The position numbers were made by a program, and so were the translations under genes. 64,000 nucleotides of DNA from the human T2T-CHM13v2.0 reference genome, Homo sapiens, in the NCBI RefSeq assembly GCF_009914755.1, contig NC_060928.1, one strand, 5' to 3'. The stretch's first letter is position 1. Every line of letters starts with the position of its first letter. The notes below the pieces were generated by a model. That model had not been told where the DNA came from. It ran no database searches and saw only the letters and a program-made list of their open reading frames with translations. Positions 56,840 through 64,000 of the stretch are shown piece after piece.

Positions 56840-58975
56840 TTCTATTAACAAATATTTATTAGGTACCTACTACATGCCAGACATTCTTCTAGGCTTACAA
56901 GTTTTTTTTTAAAAAATGAGATAAAAATGCCTGACTCCTGAAATTTAAAGTATAGTGGGAAAAACAGAAATCAAACAGAATATATATATATTTATATAAT
57001 GTTGGAAGATGATCTATGCAATGGAGTACAAAAATAGATTAGGGCCAGGGGAGCAGAAGAGTCAGAAATCGTGAGACAGTTTGCAATTTTAAGTCAGGTT
57101 GGAAAATAGGTCTCTTTGAGAAGATGATAATTGAGAAAAGCACTGAGGAGGTGAAGGAGTGAACTACACAGATACCTGAGAAAAGAGAGGTCCAGGCACA
57201 AGGAAACAAAGCTGATAGGTGAATGTCTGGCATGGTCATGGAATAAAAGAAGGCCAGTGTGGATGTTAGGGAAAGAGCAAGGGATAGGAAGGGTGGCAGA
57301 AGTTCAACTTTGAGGGGAAGGGAGTTTGCGCCACATAAGGACTTACTGATTTCTGAAGAGTCTTTGGCTTTTACTTTGAGTATATTGGAGAGCCAATAAA
57401 GTTTGTAACACAAGTATGACATTGATCTGACCTACATTTTGAAAGGATCCTTCTGACTGCTATGTTGGGCATAGAGTTCCATAAAGGTGGAAGCAAGAGT
57501 CGATTAAGAGTCTAGTGTAGTACTGTGGACTGACTGTGTTACCTCCAAATCCATATGTTAAAGTCTTAACTCCTCATGTGGCTATTTCTAGAGATGGATC
57601 CTTTAGGGAAGTACTTGAGGTTAAACATGGTCATAAATTTATAGAAGAATCTGTCATAATGGTGGAGCCCTGATCAAAATGGGATTAGTGTGGTTATAAG
57701 AAGAGATGCCAGACAGCTCACTTGCTCTCTTTCTGCACATAGACTAAGGAAAGGCCATATGAGAACATAGAGAGATGGTGACCATCTATAAGCTGGAAAG
57801 ACAGCCCTCACCAGAAACTGATCTTGCTGAACCCTGATCATCGACTTCCAGTCTCCAGAACTAAGAGAAGATGAAGTTTCTGTTTTTTAAGCCACCTTAT
57901 CTATGGTATTTTTTAATAGCAGTCTGAGCAGGCTAAGACAGACATGCAGTAATCCAAAGGAGATAAGATAGTGGTTCAGTCTAGGGTATGAGCAAAGCTA
58001 CAAGTAGAGCAGATTTTGAGGGGAGGAAGTTTGAAAATTCAGTTTTGTGCAGATTGAGTTTGTCTATTGGACATACAAATGAAGACATAAGGAAGACAAT
58101 TGGATGTATGTATCTGGAGTTAAGGGAGAAGATCTGTACAAAAGTTCTAAGTTTGGTAATTGTCACACAGAAATGGCAGAAAGTCACAATAAAGGCTGAG
58201 ATAAATAAAGTAGAGAGTATAGATAGAAAAAATAATGGCTAAAATTTGAGCCAGATGAACTCAAATATTTAGGGGCTCTGGGAAAAGATAGGGACCAGCA
58301 AAGGAGACTAAGAAGGCATGAAAAGTTGGGGGTGAATCTAGGGAGTGTGGTTATCCTAGAAAGAGAATGAGGAAATTAAATTATCTCCAAGACATTGCAT
58401 TTCTCATTTAGTAGAAGGAATGTACTCTGTCAAAGGCCACTGATATGTCAAGTAAATTGGCCTGAGATTTGGCCATTGTATTTAGCAGTGTGGCAGACCT
58501 TGCCAGGATGATGTTGGAGTAGTAGAGACAAAAGCTTGATTAGGTGGATTTGAGAGCTCATGGGAGGAGAAACTTTGAGGACAGTAAAAACAGCAAATTC
58601 CTTCAAGTAAATCATCTTAAAAGGAGAGCAAAGAAATGAGACATTAGCCAGGGCATTAGAAGAGTCAAGGGAATTTTATTTGAGGACTGGTTAATTAATG
58701 CCATATTTATCTTTCTTCTAGAGATGATCAAGTAAAAAATCAAAGACACTGATGGCATTAGAAAGGGAGAGGTGCATTCCTGGAATAATGCTCTCAAGCA
58801 GGAGAGAAGGAATGCATCCTGGTGCACAGACGGAAGGGTTGGCAATATGCAGAAACATGATTAGGCAGAGTATGTCGGCATAGGAGCTTGGAAACATGAG
58901 GCTGTGGAATTTGAAGGAGGTTCTCTTCTAGTTGCTTCAATTTTCTCAGTGAAGTACAAAGCAAGTTCATCATCA
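56840..58975 (-). mobile_element. L2 LINE, long fragment interrupted by MaLR LTR (approximate)
   Basis: L2 3' end AACAAATATTTATTAGGTACCTACTACATGCCAG, then GTTGCTTCAATTTTCTCAGTGAAGTA (YFTEKIEA on the minus strand, L2 ORF2-like). Confidence 0.8.
57521..57940 (+). mobile_element. MaLR solo LTR (MSTC/MLT1A-like)
   Basis: TGTGGACTGACTGTGTTACCTCCAAATCCATATGTTAAAG...GACTTCCAGTCTCCAGAACT...TTTAAGCCACC...GCAGGCTAAGACA. Confidence 0.85.
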
Positions 58976-59629
58976 AAGAAAATATATACAAATAGCAGAG
59001 TGAGGGTGCATGATAATCCTTCTAATGACAACCTCTTATTCTCCTTTCCATTGGAGGAATATTCCTCTTCCCTCTTCAGGGTGAATTTGACAATTCCCAC
59101 TGGCTCAAGGAGTGGCCTGTGACCCAAGTCTTGCTAATAAGTGTATAACTAGCCAGGACGACTGTATCAGGGAAGAGCATGTGTCCTATGTCTAACCAAC
59201 AAGACCCAAGAATGGGACTTTGGGACGGGAGACATATCTGAGATGGTGTTTCTTGTGCATACTTAGACAAACTTGTGACTAATAAGAATAAAATTAACAG
59301 ACAGGTATAAGACAACTTTACATGGATTTTATTCCACTACAATTGAAACAGCCTTTACTAAAACTGAACCCACACTAGCATAATTTGCTTAAATAACAGA
59401 ATGACAAAGATTCTGAAATTCCCTTCAAACAAAATCAAACACTAATGATATGATGTCAAAGAAGCTGGATTCCTGCCCAGATCTGTTTTTCCCAGAAGTT
59501 TATAGAGGTCCATAGCTTCTGAAATGGCCATTTTGCAAAATGATTATTGTTATTCACACTAAAGATCAGACCATCCTTTAAACGTGTTTTTGACATGAAG
59601 TAGAGAATTAGTATCCGATAATAAACAAT

Positions 59630-59910
59630 AATAATAATAGCAAATACTTGCATAGCGTTTACTATTTGCCCAGAATTCCACTAAGTGGTCCGTATATGAA
59701 TAAATGTGAGTGTGTACACACAAGTTTGTGTTTTAATTCCCTAAACTACCTTATAAGAAAGTTATTGTTACTAACCCAGTTTTACAAAGAGATGAAACTA
59801 AGGTACAGAGGGGTTAAGAAACTTGCCAGACGCCACATAGTTTGGTAGTAAAAAGGCCAGGTTTTGAACCAAGATACTCTGGCTGCCAAGTATGTGCTCT
59901 TAATCACCTT
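59630..59910 (-). mobile_element. MIR SINE
   Basis: CCCAGTTTTACAAAGAGATGAAACTAAGGTACAGAGGGGTTAAGAAACTTGCC. Confidence 0.8.
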
Positions 59911-60124
59911 ATGGCCTTTATAACAACTTATTTTTATTGTGGCAGAAACTACTAGCTATCAATCTGATAGATAGTCAACCCGTGAGAGTAGAAAACTGAA
60001 TTTATTTAAGAATAACGATTTCTCAGATTCTCCAGTTGTAAGACCACACTAGGCTAATGACACACAGAAATTATTAAGAGGGACATCTGGAAAGCTCATT
60101 TTATGGCAAACTGAGAGCAGAAGA

Positions 60125-60405
60125 AGTCTTTTACCCTTCCTCATTTTATTCTTCCTCTTTCCTGTAATATGAGTATAATGACTGGAGTATCAACAGCCAT
60201 TGTAACCCACGAATTAAGCAAAACCATAAATTAAGGACATCAAAACAGGAAAATAGACACCGAATGCCTGATGCCCATGGTGCTGCCGTACTAGCCTTGG
60301 ACCAACTACTTGTGGACTTATTCCACATGGGAAAAGAAAAGAAAAGTATTATGCATTCAAACAACTGTATTTGGGTTTTCTGGTATAAAAAGTCGAAATG
60401 AATCA
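60125..60405 (+). mobile_element. Old MaLR LTR fragment (MLT1J-like)
   Basis: TGACTGGAGTATCAACAGCCATTGTAACC...TAGCCTTGGACCAACTACTTGTGGACTT...TATTTGGGTTTTCTG. Confidence 0.5.
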
Positions 60406-60581
60406 GGGCTATCTGTAGAACTAAGGAGAAAAATGATCAATCCAAACATAGCCCTTTTGGAGTTTGAATTACTCTAAAATTGATATAAAAGAAGTAGCTA
60501 ATGTCTTCAAATGTACCTTGAATTCTGTATGAAACGAAATGCATTTGAACTCTCTGTACTCACCAAAAATCTACAGCCTAA

Positions 60582-60915
<334 letters not shown>

Positions 60916-62799
60916 TGATTTGAGTTCTTAATAGAAAAAAAAAAAAAAAAAACTCTGTTATATACTCAATATAATATTAAGAAAAAATACAAGTTCATAA
61001 TTCATATAAACTTATCCAAAACTTAATAAGTGATTTTGCTTTAAATATAGAGATAATACTATTCATCACAATTATGTTTTTTATATAAGGTTCTTTAAAA
61101 AGTTCAGAAGCCATAACTTCACAAGTTAAGCTATATGTATGTATAACAAAATGAGGTTTGTATACTGTTAATGCATTGTCTAGTCTCAGGAACCTCGAAA
61201 GCATAACACCTAAGGTAAAAGTTTTCCCAAGTGCTTTCTTATATTGTCAACAGAGAGCAAAAATCTCACCATGAAGGGAGCTGGGCTTACTTTTTGTTCA
61301 AGGATGTAAATAGCACTTAGTAAGTATCTGTTGCTATTGAATGAATTGGATAAACAGAGAATATGAAAGGAGGCTTTTACTTTTGCAAAATACAAGGATA
61401 TCTTTGAAAGAAATCAGGCTGGCTCCAAATATCCATGAGATAAATGAAATATACCAGAAAATGAATAGCTGAAACCCAATATAATGGAGCAAAGTCTCTA
61501 ATATCAAGGCATACACATTCTAATTTTAACTTCTCTGCCTACTGTCTTATTTGCTCTGTTCTATTATTCTATTCACAGCATGAACGCCATAAAGACCTCA
61601 GAGGTTGAAAAATTTGACATCTGTCTTCTAGAGCATATTAATTTTTTAAAAAAAATTCATTAAAATTAATTAAAAAATTAAAGAGTAGTATTTTTTTTAT
61701 TAAAACTTGTGTGGATTACCCACAACGTAAAGCTTTGGACTTAGGGGAAGTGCAGGAGATTTAATTATCTTTCATCAGGGAGAGGGTTTATGAACCTGTC
61801 AATTTAAAGTGAGAAATTTAAAGAAGGTAGAAACTTTTCTTAAGAAACTTCTATGCAATAATCCAATGATGCTGCTCACCCTCAAAAAAAAAAAAAAAAA
61901 AACCTCAGAAAACATTGAAGGATGAGGCTGGACAGTTTTCAAGCCTCATTCCAGGCAGGTCTTAGCATTTTTGTTTATCTTTGACTTTCCCCCTCCAATA
62001 TACACATGCATACACATACGCTCATACAGAATATTTATTTATTTATTTACACAATATTTATTTACACAAAATAACTCGTAGAATACTTTTATCACCTGAC
62101 AACCTCAACTTACATAATGTATGATTTTTGAATCCTTAAAGTGATATTGTAAAGAACTCATACAAAATTTATATTCAAATAGTCTGGATTTTTTATTTTA
62201 TATATATTTATCATCAATCTTTAAAAACATTTGTATGTTTATTACAGATAACCTGGCAGCCTTGACACTAAACACCTTCTGCTGATTGTAAGTTAAATAT
62301 CTATTCATCTATTTATCTCAACTCTGTACTAGGATGGGTAGAGTCTTCTGTTGACTCCCTCCGAAATATACAACTATTTGACTTATACTAGGAAATTTCT
62401 GTCTTTATTTACCTCAATGCAGTATTTAATTTTCCTTATAACCTTTATTAAACAAATAATTCATTATTTTATTAGAGATTTGTCACATAGTTGCAAATTA
62501 ATTTAGGTCTTTCTAAAATGTCACTTCTGGTCCTGTTTATTTCCTCTCTGTTTTTATTACTATATAACTATTCCCTGAAACTATTTTTCTGTATTATTTG
62601 TGCTCTGAAAATCATGAAATCTTGTTTTTTTTTAAGTCATCTGCATAAAATATTTATTTTCACATTTGGCCATACCTATGGTTTTGGTTTTGGTGCAATA
62701 ACTTGCAAAGTTTTCAGTAGATATTTGAGAAGATTCTTCTTACTCCTGGGATGCCCTTGGAATATAAATTCAGTGCTATATTTTAAGCTCATGAATTTT

Positions 62800-64000
62800 A
62801 AAAATTATTTTACAGAAGAGAGATTCATATGACATACAATTAACTTATAAAATTCAATGCCATTTATCCATTCACAGTGTTCTGCAACCACTGTCTTTCT
62901 CTAGTTTCAAAACTTGTTTTTATTATCCCAGAAGGATACTCTGTCTCTATTAAGTAATCACTCTCCATTTATTCCACTCCTATCCACTGGCAACCACTGA
63001 ACCATTTCTGTCTCTATGGATTTGTCTATCTGGATATTTCATATAAAGGAATCATATAATTTATGACCATTTTTGTCTGGCTTCTTTCACTAAGCATAGA
63101 ATTTCTAAGGTTCATCCAGGTTGTAGCATATATCAGCACTTAATTCTCATTATGGATAAATAATATCATATTGTAAGTATATACTATATTTTGTACATTC
63201 GTTTGTTAATGAAAATTTGGATTGTTTCCACCTTTTGACCATTGAGAATAATGCTGCTGTAAACATCCATGTACATGTTTCTGTGTGAACATATATTTTT
63301 ATTAATCTTGGATCTATATTTAGAGGTAGAATTGCAGGGTCTTACGGTAATTCTCTGTCTAACTTTGTAAGGAGCCATCAAATTTGTTCACAGTGGATGC
63401 AACATTTTAAATTATCACCAGCAATATACAAGGATTCCTATTTTTCTACAACCTTGACAATGATTACTATATATTTTTCAAATACTTATATAGCCAACCT
63501 AGTGGTTATGAAATGTATCACACTGTGGTTTTTGTTTGTAATTCCTTAATGACCAGTAGTATTGTACATAATTTCATGTGCTTATATGTCAGTTGTATAC
63601 TTCCTTTTGTGAAAAGTCTGTTCAAGTCTTTGCCCAGTTTTTAGATTTAATTATTTATATTTTTGTTTATGAGTTAGAGCTCCTTATATCTTCTAGATAT
63701 TAAACCCTAATCAGATATAAGATTTGCAAATAGATTTTAATATTTTGTAAGGTGTCTTTTTACATACTCAATAATGTTCTTTGATACACAAAAGTTTTTT
63801 CATGATTAAAAGAAACAATTTATTTATTTATTTCTGCTTGTGCTTTTGGTGTTAGATCTAAGAATTCATTCATTGTTAAATACAAGGTCATGAAGATTTA
63901 TCCTTATTTTTTTCCTAATAGTTTTATATTTTATGTGCTATGTTGAGATGTCATATATTTCTGATCTATTTGTGTTAATTGTTGTGTCTTAAGTGAGGTA
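62800..64000 (-). mobile_element. L1MB-type LINE-1 3' portion (continues beyond window)
   Basis: CCACTGGCAACCACTG...TTTCTGTCTCTATGGATTTG...GGATATTTCATATAAAGGAATCATA...TCTGGCTTCTTTCAC is an L1MB 3' UTR, followed by ORF2-like sequence. Confidence 0.85.

Noticed and set aside
57039-59315. ORFs of 65-127 aa in this region
   Set aside because: They derive from a decayed L2 (and MaLR LTR), with no splice-supported exon or recognisable protein.

Overview
This is AT-rich primate (human-like) genomic DNA containing the 3' end of GABRA2 (GABA-A receptor alpha-2 subunit) on the minus strand. It holds the TM2-TM3 exon (38777-38979), the terminal coding exon (27159-27455) and a probable ~6.8 kb 3' UTR ending near 20400. 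Upstream exons lie beyond the right edge of the window. The rest is mostly transposon relics: a decayed ERV-L provirus with MLT2 LTRs (1-~6760), two primate L1PA insertions (one a twin-priming inversion), old L1M/L2/MIR pieces, Alus, solo LTRs, a Tigger4-type MITE and microsatellites. I find no evidence of a new multi-gene system, and almost all ORFs in the supplied track are repeat-derived or chance. The best leads are: (i) a stop-free, in-frame 180-nt cassette exon (33046-33225), absent from the ORF track, that would add 60 aa to the TM3-TM4 loop; (ii) a perfect 36-bp copy of that exon's core 1.3 kb away; (iii) a ~160-bp intronic inverted duplication; and (iv) several template-switch-like hairpins. 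Repeat subfamily names and old-repeat boundaries come from recognition by eye and are approximate.
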